IMG/VR virus record: IMGVR_UViG_3300019762_000001
Location: 16,701 to 80,700 of that record
DNA: 64,000 bases
Strand: one strand, 5' to 3'
From: a virus
The stretch's first letter is position 1; every line of letters starts with the position of its first letter. Positions 48,337-57,946 of the stretch are shown here, in pieces. Both the position numbers and the translations under genes were made by a program. Under the pieces are notes generated by a model. It was not told the DNA's origin. It saw only the letters and a list, made by a program, of their open reading frames with translations, and did not search any database.

Positions 48337-49860
48337 TTAGTCCTCTTTAGAGTTTTTCTTTTTACGGTTCTTGTGGATATTCTTAAGGATTTCCTCATCA
48401 GATTCTACCTCATGATTTTCCTCTTCGACTGTTACACCCTCGGGTTTAGCAGCAGCACGAGAGATCTCTTTAGAACCGCATTTTTCACAGGTTAGTGAGA
48501 AGTGCTCTTCAGCTTGTTTCTCATACTGAAGGTTTAGAGCAGAAGCTATTTCATAATTACTATCTTCGATGAGTTTAACCATGTTAGCATCTTCTTTATC
48601 ACCCATAGCCAGTTTGTAATTAGCTAAGGTCTTCTCTCTTAATGCAGTAAGAGCAGTATCACCAATTTTAGCTTTAGCCTCAAGTGCATTGATACTATTC
48701 TGAATAGTTTCAGTACCAGTTACTTCCTTGCCATCAAATTGGAAGGTAGCTTCTGTAGTACCAGCTCCATTGGCTTCCGCCTTAGCCTTGAAAGCAAGCA
48801 TTGAAGTGTTAAGTTCTTTTAATTTTTCACCAAAGTTTTCTTCGGTTACTACTGGGTTAGTAATCCCAGCAGCTACTAACATTACGGTTAGTTGGGCTAA
48901 GTGTTTATCCATTTCTTGAGAATTTTCTTGTGTAGATATATTATTAATAAGTGTTTTAGGTATTGTAGAGTCTGCTGATAGTGAGGTCTCTGAGAAGCTT
49001 TTAAAATCGATGAAGGCATCGGAGAAAGCTCTTTTCTGGATATCAACAGAATAATCGGATAGGGCCGAGTTGGCAGTAATACCATAGTACTGTCGTTGGG
49101 CCATGGTAGGATTTATAATCTTACCATCTTTGATTTGTTTAGCAAATGGGTCAGCACCATGATTTACTAATGAGGTTTCTTTATATTGGATTATCTTTGT
49201 AGCTATCCTTTGTATAAGTTTACCATCGGCATCATAAGTACCCAGCTTATCCCAAAAGTCACTGGTTTCCATTTCAGGGTGAGATGGCTCCCAAGTGAAT
49301 TGAACTGTTACAGAGTTAGAGTGGATTGAAGGTGGGTTCATTTGGATACCCCTTGCAATACGTGGGTTCGATTTGGCATCAATGTTTAATACCATATTAA
49401 TACCAGCTGGGATTTCTTTACCGCCGGTTTTGTACTTCTCCTGCCATTCAGTAGATAGTACAGCTCCAATAGCATTACCAAGGGCGGTCTCATGATCTAT
49501 GTTTACTGTCTGCCCAATTAGTAGTGGCATTGATTCCTGTAATACATTCTCTGGGAAGTATACAGGATTCCATTGTTTGTGTACAGTAACATTTGATAAG
49601 GCCCTAAATACTGGTTGGATCATCTCATCATCTTTTGGGTCAAAATCCTCAGCTGTAGCATCTGGGTAATAAGTAGTATAGTTTGGGGATGAAGAATCGA
49701 AGAAACCCAATCCCACCTCATCGATATTTTGAGCCTTGTCCACAGATGCAAGTGCATTATGTACTTGAGCCAATTTTACCGAGTTTGGTTTATGTCCCAA
49801 TATCCTACTATGCCCAGATCCAAGATTTATGTAATCTTGCCCTCCTTTAATTTTTGCCAT
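48337..49860 (-). CDS. Prohead protease / scaffold
   Basis: NIDH, SNSV and ETSLV..GADP; charged C-terminal region. Confidence 0.75.
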   Translation of the reverse strand: MAKIKGGQDYINLGSGHSRILGHKPNSVKLAQVHNALASVDKAQNIDEVGLGFFDSSSPNYTTYYPDATAEDFDPKDDEMIQPVFRALSNVTVHKQWNPVYFPENVLQESMPLLIGQTVNIDHETALGNAIGAVLSTEWQEKYKTGGKEIPAGINMVLNIDAKSNPRIARGIQMNPPSIHSNSVTVQFTWEPSHPEMETSDFWDKLGTYDADGKLIQRIATKIIQYKETSLVNHGADPFAKQIKDGKIINPTMAQRQYYGITANSALSDYSVDIQKRAFSDAFIDFKSFSETSLSADSTIPKTLINNISTQENSQEMDKHLAQLTVMLVAAGITNPVVTEENFGEKLKELNTSMLAFKAKAEANGAGTTEATFQFDGKEVTGTETIQNSINALEAKAKIGDTALTALREKTLANYKLAMGDKEDANMVKLIEDSNYEIASALNLQYEKQAEEHFSLTCEKCGSKEISRAAAKPEGVTVEEENHEVESDEEILKNIHKNRKKKNSKED

Positions 49861-49868
49861 AGGTCTAT

Positions 49869-51389
49869 TTATTTTTTACCGTCAGCGTCTTTGTCTTTCG
49901 GTACTGGTTTATTTTTATCTCTGGTCTTTCTATCTGATTTATCCTTATCCTTTTCTCGGTCAGCTTTTTTCTTTGCATCTCCAAGAGGATCACCAGCTGG
50001 TGCTCTGGGTTCTTTCTGGTTGGGTTTATCATACCCCATATCATCCGCAAATTGATCTTGACCTACTATACCCTGGTTATATAGGGCAGTTAGGTTTCTG
50101 ATTTTAACCTCAATAGCCTGTTGAATTTTTAGGTCATCTGATATAGTGGTTGGGTTAAACTTTACCTTTAGGTTATTAAAACTATATCCAGCTAATCTTA
50201 ATTCAAGTGAATATCCAAATTCAAGGCAGGCTGATACCATAGTTTGGATATTCTTTGATTGAGATACCATTTTGGAGAAAAGTACCGTAATACTCGTTTC
50301 AGACCCCTTACCCCCAGAAACATTAAGAAATTCAGGCGTAGTTTTAAGTCCTGTAGCGGTATTTCTCTTATTCTGGTTATATAATTCACCAACTCCATTC
50401 AAATCTTTACTAGTAGCATTGAATTTGAACTCGTGTTGGTCCTTTAACCCCACTACTATACCATCTTTTAAACCAGATTGTAAAGCTTCTTTAGTTTTAT
50501 CCAGGTGAGTCTCACATCTGGTTTCATGGGAACCAATAGATTCTCCATCATTTCTAACCGGTGGTTCTACCTGGGCTTCAAAGAATCCAAGTAACCCAAG
50601 TTGGTCCATTATTTTATCGATGTTGAGGTCCATAACTAAACCAGTTTCTATATGCCTAAGTGCAGTCATATATGGTGGAATAGGATAAGGATTCTCTTCA
50701 TCGCCCATCAAACAGAAAAAATTGAATGTCTGTGGGTTCATTTTAAATAGGTTAGTAGCTAAAGATTTACTATTAGTGGGAGTTCTTCTTTGGTATGGTA
50801 CAAATCGTTTTCTAGCGTTGTTCCAACTAAACTCAATTGTTTCCGGATTTACTAACACCAGGTTATCAAGAGTACTTGGTAATTTACCAGGCATTGGGCT
50901 TAGCTCTGGAACCCATTCTACTGATAGAGCCCCGGATATCATTATCTGGGATATTAGCTTATTAACTATCCCATGTACCCCAGCTACTCCATCTCCCCAA
51001 GTCTTACCCTTTTCACGGAGATGCTTCCTCATCCTATCAACCTTAGCCTGTGGTACAGAATCATCGAAATAAATCTTATGTCCTGTGTTTACCAAGGTTA
51101 CTGTATCATACAGTGCCTGGGCTATGTCTGAATCGAATTTAGAAGCTTTCCTAATAACCGGTATTAGGGTTCTGAGGTATTCGGGTTGTAATACCCTCAT
51201 CTTTTTTTCTAGGCCATTTATCATTGAACTATAGCTTAAGTCCGGCCTGGATATCCTACCCCCCTTTGGAGCCACATCAACGGGTTTCTTTTCTGCCTGT
51301 TGTTGTGGTGGTGGTGGGGGATCTTGCATCTTTGGTACTCCCATATATTCGGAGTCCCAAGCTTTTAAAAGTATTTGTTTAAGTCCCAT
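49869..51389 (-). CDS. Portal protein
   Basis: 506 aa directly after TerL; VNPETI, YPIPP. Confidence 0.8.
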   Translation of the reverse strand: MGLKQILLKAWDSEYMGVPKMQDPPPPPQQQAEKKPVDVAPKGGRISRPDLSYSSMINGLEKKMRVLQPEYLRTLIPVIRKASKFDSDIAQALYDTVTLVNTGHKIYFDDSVPQAKVDRMRKHLREKGKTWGDGVAGVHGIVNKLISQIMISGALSVEWVPELSPMPGKLPSTLDNLVLVNPETIEFSWNNARKRFVPYQRRTPTNSKSLATNLFKMNPQTFNFFCLMGDEENPYPIPPYMTALRHIETGLVMDLNIDKIMDQLGLLGFFEAQVEPPVRNDGESIGSHETRCETHLDKTKEALQSGLKDGIVVGLKDQHEFKFNATSKDLNGVGELYNQNKRNTATGLKTTPEFLNVSGGKGSETSITVLFSKMVSQSKNIQTMVSACLEFGYSLELRLAGYSFNNLKVKFNPTTISDDLKIQQAIEVKIRNLTALYNQGIVGQDQFADDMGYDKPNQKEPRAPAGDPLGDAKKKADREKDKDKSDRKTRDKNKPVPKDKDADGKK

Positions 51390-51399
51390 ATAATATGTA

Positions 51400-52887
51400 T
51401 TATCTTGGTGTTACTACTGAACTTCTTAATGGTGATTTACGAACATGATTGGTTATGGCTTTAGCTAAGATAGCATCATCTGTGTAATATTCATCATCGT
51501 CATCCTTGGCATCATCTTTACCTAGGGCAATAGCTTTATTATTATTGTTATAAATAAAAGTGTATGCCTCTTGTACAAAGAATGGGTCTTTTATTAATAC
51601 CAAATCTCTTCTAACATCATCCTCTAAAGCATCGATTATTACGGGACGAGTTGAACCCGTGGTTAACCATCCAGGAACTAATTGTTCCTCTGGCTTACTC
51701 TTACCCTTTTTCTTTAGAAATTGAACTGTGTAATATAAGTTTGGGTACCCACTTTCTTGTATCTTTGTGGTAACTGCCAATCCGATATCATTAGTCTCAG
51801 GTGCTATCAGGGCATTATTGAACATTCTGCCATAGTACATAAGTAAATCAGCAAAATCACCAACTGGTATTTTACCTTTGAAATATCCACATTCATTACC
51901 CTCTCTATCCATAATACTAAATGCAGAGTAATCTCGTGACCTACCCGTTGCAACGTCAGCTCCGATATAGTAATATTTATTTGGTTTAGGTCTATCGGTG
52001 ATTACTAAAGTACCGTTACGTTTCTTTTCTACTACTTTCCACTCGGTAAGCATATCCTCGATAGCCTTGATATCTTCTAGGTCAAATACGGTATGCCCTG
52101 ATGATAGGAAGTCACCATCAATTTCTTGGGCTGTTCTTCTAGGACCTAGACCTGCTGCCATTGTGTCATACCATTTTTGATCTCTGTCAGGGTGCATCTG
52201 CCAGTGTAATCGTATTGGGTTAAAATCATTACCCCCAGCGATAGCATCTACCCAGGTAGAATGGAAGAAGTTACCTACCCCATATGGTGTACTGTTTAGG
52301 ATAGCAGAACCCCCGGTTGATAGTGTAGGGAAAGCTGCTGCCCAAATAGTATTAGCCCAACGTACAATTGCTGCCTCATCGATTACTAAAAGAGATACAG
52401 CCTCTGAACGACCAGCATCCTCAGTAGTTGGTATAGAGGTAATTAGGGAACCATTAGCAAATTCCATTTCCTGTGCAGTACCATATTCACCAGAACGGCC
52501 ATTTACAACGGCTACTTGCATATATTCTGGCAGGTTTTTGTACATGAACTTTATCTTTTTCAGTACTTTCTTAGCTACCCTATCTTTAATGGAGATGATT
52601 TGGATATTCTTATTTGGGTGGAACATCGCTAGCCACAGACAATACATCGAGATTAACTCGGTTAATCCCGCCTGTCTAAACTTTAATACGATATTGAAAC
52701 GTTGTGTTAAAAAGTACCATAGGGTCCTTTTCTGATAAGGGTATAACCCAAATCGAACCCTACCGTGTACCGGGTTAATTACGTGTATAAAATTGGAGAA
52801 GTGGAATGGATCTTCTTTTACTTTCCGCAGGGTTTTAAACTCGGATTTAGTTAAACCCCGTTTTTTAATCTCCCCTACTTTTGCCAT
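51400..52887 (-). CDS. terL: Terminase large subunit
   Basis: KFRQAGLT, VIDEAA, STPYG, IGADVATG..DYSA, ETN and DDAILA. Confidence 0.95.
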   Translation of the reverse strand: MAKVGEIKKRGLTKSEFKTLRKVKEDPFHFSNFIHVINPVHGRVRFGLYPYQKRTLWYFLTQRFNIVLKFRQAGLTELISMYCLWLAMFHPNKNIQIISIKDRVAKKVLKKIKFMYKNLPEYMQVAVVNGRSGEYGTAQEMEFANGSLITSIPTTEDAGRSEAVSLLVIDEAAIVRWANTIWAAAFPTLSTGGSAILNSTPYGVGNFFHSTWVDAIAGGNDFNPIRLHWQMHPDRDQKWYDTMAAGLGPRRTAQEIDGDFLSSGHTVFDLEDIKAIEDMLTEWKVVEKKRNGTLVITDRPKPNKYYYIGADVATGRSRDYSAFSIMDREGNECGYFKGKIPVGDFADLLMYYGRMFNNALIAPETNDIGLAVTTKIQESGYPNLYYTVQFLKKKGKSKPEEQLVPGWLTTGSTRPVIIDALEDDVRRDLVLIKDPFFVQEAYTFIYNNNNKAIALGKDDAKDDDDEYYTDDAILAKAITNHVRKSPLRSSVVTPR

Positions 52888-53582
52888 ATCCTGTATTTCA
52901 ATGTTAGTCCTAATGAGTTAGTATCATAGTCTAATAGTCCTAGTCGGCTTTCAAGCTGTAATGAAAAACGTCTTACTGGAATCTCTAATCCTACACAGGC
53001 AACTGGCTGTTTCCCGAAGATATCATACCCAAAACCCGTATAACCATTGAACCTCCTACGTCTTGGGTCTTTTGGGATAGGTGATGGTTTTAGTTTTGTT
53101 GGGTTTCGGGAGAATTTGTTGTTTGAGTAGTAATAGTCGAATTCGGATAAGTATATTGGATATTTCTCACCAAGGATATCACCATTTATTCGTAACATAT
53201 TAAGTATTAAGGTATCTCTGTTTAATTCCATGCTTATTAGTTTACTAGCCCGCTGATATTTACGTAGATATTGCTTACTAATCCACACTTCTGATTGTAA
53301 ACCATTGATGATTAGTGATAGAGAATCTCTTAATTCCTTGATAGCGATGGTGTCCTTTACGGGTTTATCTAGGTATTTGATAACCTGTTTTGGCTGTGTT
53401 GGTATCCCTTTTATTGGATCCTTGGTGGGACTAGGAACTTCGATGGTATCAGTGGTATACTCATACCTTATCTCTGGTACAGGTTTTTCTTTAGTGAAGA
53501 TATCTCCAATACCTCTGACCAGTATACACAGTAGGATTAGGATTACGATGAACTTCATCTGGGTAAACTTCTTATTATTCAT
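52875..53582 (-). CDS. Membrane-anchored protein, spanin-like candidate
   Basis: N-terminal TM helix, extended middle region, C-terminal amphipathic beta strands; near the endolysin. Confidence 0.45.
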   Translation of the reverse strand: MNNKKFTQMKFIVILILLCILVRGIGDIFTKEKPVPEIRYEYTTDTIEVPSPTKDPIKGIPTQPKQVIKYLDKPVKDTIAIKELRDSLSLIINGLQSEVWISKQYLRKYQRASKLISMELNRDTLILNMLRINGDILGEKYPIYLSEFDYYYSNNKFSRNPTKLKPSPIPKDPRRRRFNGYTGFGYDIFGKQPVACVGLEIPVRRFSLQLESRLGLLDYDTNSLGLTLKYRIWQK

Positions 53583-53589
53583 GATCTAA

Positions 53590-53800
53590 GTTATTTAAGG
53601 ATTTCTGAATTAATAGGGGATCGAAGATCCCCTATTCTGGATCGAAGATCCAGATCCATTATCCATGTTATTTAAGGAAAATTTTTAATAAATAAATAAC
53701 TCCCCTAAAGGGGAGTTATTTATTATTAATATTATTATAAATATATATATATATACTTTGTATATATATATTTATAATAGAAAGAGGGATCTGCGCGCGT
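53590..53800. repeat. Cluster of four inverted repeats with an (AT)n tract
   Basis: Inverted repeats at 53612-53636, 53636-53654, 53691-53724 and 53733-53779. Confidence 0.85.
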
Positions 53801-53820
53801 ACGAGGAGGAAACTCTTAAT

Positions 53821-54327
53821 CTATTGAAACTGGGGGTTATTGAATATCCCCCAATACACTTCATGTCCTTCGGCTATCCAGCCTTCCACGATCTTTAGTA
53901 AATCCTTATCACTACGGTTTTGTATAACCTTAGGGCTTACTCTTCGATATGCTGTAACCAAACAACCCTCAGTGTCTAAGTGGGTATTACCACCATGGTT
54001 TCTTATACCACTAAATTCTATGATACCATCAGTACAGATATACCTACCATCAGAAGTTTCCTCATTATAGAGCAGGATCATGTCGCGTTTAAATCTAGTT
54101 GAGCGGGATACTATTACTCTATACCAACCTTCTGGGATGGCAGTCTTCCTAGCAACTTTAACTCCAATTGCTCTAACTGCATCTTCCAGCTGGTAAGAGA
54201 AATGTTTTCCCTCTACAAGTACATCGCTTAGAGTAGTATCCTCAAAATACTCTCTACGATTAGAAATTATAGTCCGAGTCTTTGCCGGATTTCTTCTTAC
54301 ATCTTCTTCTGAGATTCTTTTTGCCAT
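53821..54327 (-). CDS. DUF5675-family putative endolysin
   Basis: LED, TAIPEGWY.V, FSGIRNHGGN...DTEGCL. Confidence 0.8.
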   Translation of the reverse strand: MAKRISEEDVRRNPAKTRTIISNRREYFEDTTLSDVLVEGKHFSYQLEDAVRAIGVKVARKTAIPEGWYRVIVSRSTRFKRDMILLYNEETSDGRYICTDGIIEFSGIRNHGGNTHLDTEGCLVTAYRRVSPKVIQNRSDKDLLKIVEGWIAEGHEVYWGIFNNPQFQ

Positions 54328-55331
54328 AGCTCAGTCTTTTTAATTTGTTTATAAAACCATCTTCCTATCTCATAGGGTGGGCACTTAGTTACAGTTACCC
54401 TACCCTTATTTATTGAATAGCCCAGTCTTTCTTCATCTATCCAGATTTTGAATCTGTCTGGTACTCCCTGTATTCTGGCCATTTCCCTTGGTGACATTTG
54501 GTAACCATCTGGGGTGAATTGCCTATTTTGTTTTCTAACGGTTTTTGGGGGATCTCCAGCAAAATTCTTATACACACCGGGAAGATTCTTCATCTTAGTA
54601 CCGGGCATTGACCATTGCTTTTGGTCCCTGTATTGGTTATTCCATATATCTCTTACCTGACCAAGATTTAATTTCCGGCCCTTATAAGACATACAAACCA
54701 CAGTGTCATCGGGCTCCCTAACTTGCCCAAACTCAGGATGTAAAGTGGGCAAATCGTTTAATAAGTCTCTAGTATTCTTTAATTCTTTAACTGGATAGAT
54801 TTTATTTAAAGTGCTAATTACTTTTCTAGAGTCTACTAGAAGTTGCCTATTTACTCCAATTATTACCAATCTAACTCTCGTAATCTGAGAGTTACCAAAT
54901 TTAGATACCGAATCCTTGAAAATGGTTAGCTCATAGTCTTTCTCTATCTCTTCTATTAAATCCGGAGATAAGCTCTCTAACATCTTCGGTAGGTTCTCCA
55001 TTAAGAAAGCCTTTGGTTTATATAATCTTATCGAAGCCCAATAAAGGCTTAGTGATTCATTATCATTTGGGTCACTAAGTTTCTTAGCTCGTGAATATGA
55101 AAGGACAGATGAATGACCACAGTCGGGTGCACCGATGATGATATCGGGTTGAAGTCCATTAAATTCTACAGAATCAAGTTCTTTTACCAGTGGAATGCCA
55201 GGAAAGTTTAACTCCCATTGGATATCATTGGGTGTTTTAAATGCTGTCCTGGGTTCTATGTTGCCCATTAGATATTTTTTAAAGGGGAATAGGACTACTC
55301 CATTACCCCCGCATACGCCAAGTACTTTCAT
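54297..55331 (-). CDS. Atypical DNA cytosine-C5 methyltransferase homologue
   Basis: GAPDCGHSS (IV), MENL (VI), Q..RVR (VIII) and REMARIQGVP (IX); motifs I and X are divergent. Confidence 0.8.
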   Translation of the reverse strand: MKVLGVCGGNGVVLFPFKKYLMGNIEPRTAFKTPNDIQWELNFPGIPLVKELDSVEFNGLQPDIIIGAPDCGHSSVLSYSRAKKLSDPNDNESLSLYWASIRLYKPKAFLMENLPKMLESLSPDLIEEIEKDYELTIFKDSVSKFGNSQITRVRLVIIGVNRQLLVDSRKVISTLNKIYPVKELKNTRDLLNDLPTLHPEFGQVREPDDTVVCMSYKGRKLNLGQVRDIWNNQYRDQKQWSMPGTKMKNLPGVYKNFAGDPPKTVRKQNRQFTPDGYQMSPREMARIQGVPDRFKIWIDEERLGYSINKGRVTVTKCPPYEIGRWFYKQIKKTELWQKESQKKM

Positions 55332-55455
55332 ATTTCAGTATTAAATGTTTTGTAATGTGAGATTGGTATTGCTTTCCTGTATGCCCTAGGGTAACTATGC
55401 TAGAAATGAACTAGTTACTAAAATACTATTTTAATCTATAACAAATAAAATACAC

Positions 55456-55848
55456 ATGAACAGAGCAGCTAAATTAACATCTACCCCAAGTTTAATACTA
55501 ACTGGGAAAAGGGAAGAAACAGTAATATTTAAGAAGCGTAACCCTGGATTCCATGGGGAGATTAGACTTGGAGTTCCTTATAGAGCTAGGATGTATGATG
55601 AGACAGGTTCTTCCTGGTTAATTGCTATTGCAGATGTAATACCAAAAAACTTTCAGGAAGATACCCAGGTACTTAACTTATCATTAATGTCTTCTAAATG
55701 CCCAGCCGAAGAAGCTTGGGAAGCTATATATAATCTGGATGAGGTAATGGTGGAGCTTATAGCTTCTAACATATCTTATCCATGTGCTAAGTTTAAAGCG
55801 GAACTAGTATCCGTTGATAAAGAGATACAATTAGAATTAATACCTTAA
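55456..55848 (+). CDS. Hypothetical protein
   Basis: First gene of the plus-strand operon. Confidence 0.7.
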   Translation: MNRAAKLTSTPSLILTGKREETVIFKKRNPGFHGEIRLGVPYRARMYDETGSSWLIAIADVIPKNFQEDTQVLNLSLMSSKCPAEEAWEAIYNLDEVMVELIASNISYPCAKFKAELVSVDKEIQLELIP

Positions 55849-55852
55849 CATC

Positions 55853-56119
55853 ATGGGATCAAAATTAGTAGAATTAATATTACGAATAGCCTTCTTCCTA
55901 TTCATGTCGTTGGTGGCTATGGCAGTTATGTGTATGGGAGTAATATGTATACTATTGCCAGACACAATCTTCTTAGATGAGGTAAAACAACCAGAACTTG
56001 TTGGGTCATTGCTAATGGCATTAGCCTGTGGTTGGATTATTCTCTATAGTGCATATCACAATTTAAAATTTCCTAAGTCTAAATTAAATATCACAGATCA
56101 TGATGTTAAAGCTTATTAG
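55853..56119 (+). CDS. Small two-TM membrane protein
   Basis: Two hydrophobic helices. Confidence 0.65.
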   Translation: MGSKLVELILRIAFFLFMSLVAMAVMCMGVICILLPDTIFLDEVKQPELVGSLLMALACGWIILYSAYHNLKFPKSKLNITDHDVKAY

Positions 56120-56303
56120 CCATATATTACCGGTATTAATCTATGGCCTGTCATTATACGCATCCTCATGTTGCGTATCGTATGGGTTAAGGATAGCTAA
56201 AACCCATAGTATGTTTGATGGGGTATCTATTATCCTACTCGGGGTCATAGTAATACTAGGGATAGGTAAAACAATTAAGGATGAGTACTTTAAAAAACCC
56301 TAA
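56100..56303 (+). CDS. Small two-TM membrane protein
   Basis: Two hydrophobic helices. Confidence 0.6.
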   Translation: MMLKLISHILPVLIYGLSLYASSCCVSYGLRIAKTHSMFDGVSIILLGVIVILGIGKTIKDEYFKKP

Positions 56304-56305
56304 TC

Positions 56306-56719
56306 ATGGAAACACGGATAATAAAGATAAATAAATGTAACGATAATTGCCCTCATCGTAGAGCAAAAGAAGAAACCGATGGTGGGTATTATAGATTAAT
56401 TAAAGTAGTTCCTGGAGATGTACCAGAAGCTAGTAGGGTATGTGTGGCAGAAGATGGGATTATACGTAATATAGATACCAATGAAGTTACATTGAATAAA
56501 CCATTCCCCTTTTTCTGTAAATTATCCCAAGAGGATACTATAATAACTCTGGAGGAAAGTGAAAAAGATGGGTATATGATTTGGTTAGAATACTTGAAAA
56601 CTGGAACACATAGATTCATCATCACTGATAACCAGGATTTAGAAAGTAAATTTGATGAGTTAGTAGATGCATACGAACTTTACCGTCAGGAAATAGACGC
56701 ACACACTAAAAAACAATAA
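56306..56719 (+). CDS. Hypothetical Cys-containing protein
   Basis: CNDNCP...C...PFFCKL. Confidence 0.65.
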   Translation: METRIIKINKCNDNCPHRRAKEETDGGYYRLIKVVPGDVPEASRVCVAEDGIIRNIDTNEVTLNKPFPFFCKLSQEDTIITLEESEKDGYMIWLEYLKTGTHRFIITDNQDLESKFDELVDAYELYRQEIDAHTKKQ

Positions 56720-56721
56720 TT

Positions 56722-56967
56722 ATGGAACTAAAAGATTTCCCAGAAGTAAACGTAAGAATCGCGGAAGACCAACCAGAGTTTGGCACTATTCCCGCATTAG
56801 TAGACAAGAAGACAAATACAGCAACCTTCTGCTTTCAACTGGATCAGGCTGAAAGAGAAAGAGTAATGGACTCAGGTGAGATCTGGTTCACTCAGTGTTT
56901 AAATGCTTTGGGCCAGATGCACCCCATTAGTTGCTCAACTATCAAGGAGGACCTAATCAATGGATAA
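56722..56967 (+). CDS. Hypothetical phage protein
   Basis: AEDQPEFGTIPA; tightly packed in the operon. Confidence 0.7.
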   Translation: MELKDFPEVNVRIAEDQPEFGTIPALVDKKTNTATFCFQLDQAERERVMDSGEIWFTQCLNALGQMHPISCSTIKEDLING

Positions 56968-57478
56968 TACTATGGATAAATATTACATTGGAGCCGATTG
57001 TGCCAAGGAGGGTGAAGATAGGCAAGTAGAAACTATTTGTGTACTAAAGCAGATTGGTGATGGGAAGTTGGAAATGGTTTATAGTTCTAGCGAAGTAAAG
57101 CCTATTCCAGAGGGAGCTGTAAACCACTCATTCCGGTATGAGGTGGATAGGATAAAAGCTAAGTATAATGCTATTGGTATATGTGAGATACCAAAAAAGA
57201 AAACTGGGGAAGAAAGATACCCACTATTACCCGATTTCATGGCTGGGACATTAGTACCAAACAAGGTACTACTAACAGGAACTCCAAAGGGTATCTGTAG
57301 TGCCTCTGAATTTGCTTTATTATATGGGGTAGATTTTGCTAAAGCCCCAGATAACTATATTAATCCCACGCTATGTAGAAAATGTGGTAAGCCACACTTT
57401 TTACGTGATGAGGATGCTGGATCTGATCGAGAACAATATAGGCTATGCCCAACTTGTTTTGAAGAAAACTTCATCTAG
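56960..57478 (+). CDS. Hypothetical protein with terminase-like motifs and a C-terminal zinc finger
   Basis: YYIGADCA, LLTGTPKG, YGVDFA and CRKC...CPTC. Confidence 0.6.
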   Translation: MDNTMDKYYIGADCAKEGEDRQVETICVLKQIGDGKLEMVYSSSEVKPIPEGAVNHSFRYEVDRIKAKYNAIGICEIPKKKTGEERYPLLPDFMAGTLVPNKVLLTGTPKGICSASEFALLYGVDFAKAPDNYINPTLCRKCGKPHFLRDEDAGSDREQYRLCPTCFEENFI

Positions 57479-57485
57479 GATTAAG

Positions 57486-57522
57486 GGAGTACCGGCTAAA
57501 TGCTAGTACTCCACTTCTTTTT
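57486..57522 (+). terminator. Intrinsic terminator
   Basis: GGAGTAC...GTACTCC followed by ACTTCTTTTT. Confidence 0.6.
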
Positions 57523-57592
57523 AAAGCATATATTTAATACGTTTATAACACTAATTTACTAGTATTATGCTAGTATAGAGGAGATTAACCAT

Positions 57593-57946
57593 ATGGATCT
57601 ACCAGATATATTCACAACCGGAACTATAAGAGTAGTGAACCGGAGAACTCATGCCCCTACGGATCAGGATATTTATATCGGTAGGGGATCTGCTTTAGGT
57701 AATCCTTACTCACATATGCCAGGGGTACCAGAAGCGGGCTTCGGATGTAGGGATAGGGAAGAGGCTATCGATAAGTACAGGGACTGGCTAAGAAGGAAAA
57801 TCCACAGAGAAGATCCTGATGTGCTAGAAGCACTTCAAGAAATTAGGGAGTTGAACAAGAAAGGAGTAGTCTACTTAGTATGCTACTGCTCTCCACTACC
57901 ATGCCACGGTCTAATTATAAAAGAACTATTGAATGAGTCTACCTAA
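57593..57946 (+). CDS. DUF4326-family protein
   Basis: IYIGRGS.LGNPY, REEAIDKY and LVCYCSPLPCHG. Confidence 0.88.
   Translation: MDLPDIFTTGTIRVVNRRTHAPTDQDIYIGRGSALGNPYSHMPGVPEAGFGCRDREEAIDKYRDWLRRKIHREDPDVLEALQEIRELNKKGVVYLVCYCSPLPCHGLIIKELLNEST

Noticed and set aside
570-54070. The many short plus-strand ORFs in the track that are antisense to long genes
   Set aside because: They are shadow ORFs of well-supported minus-strand genes and have no recognisable motifs.
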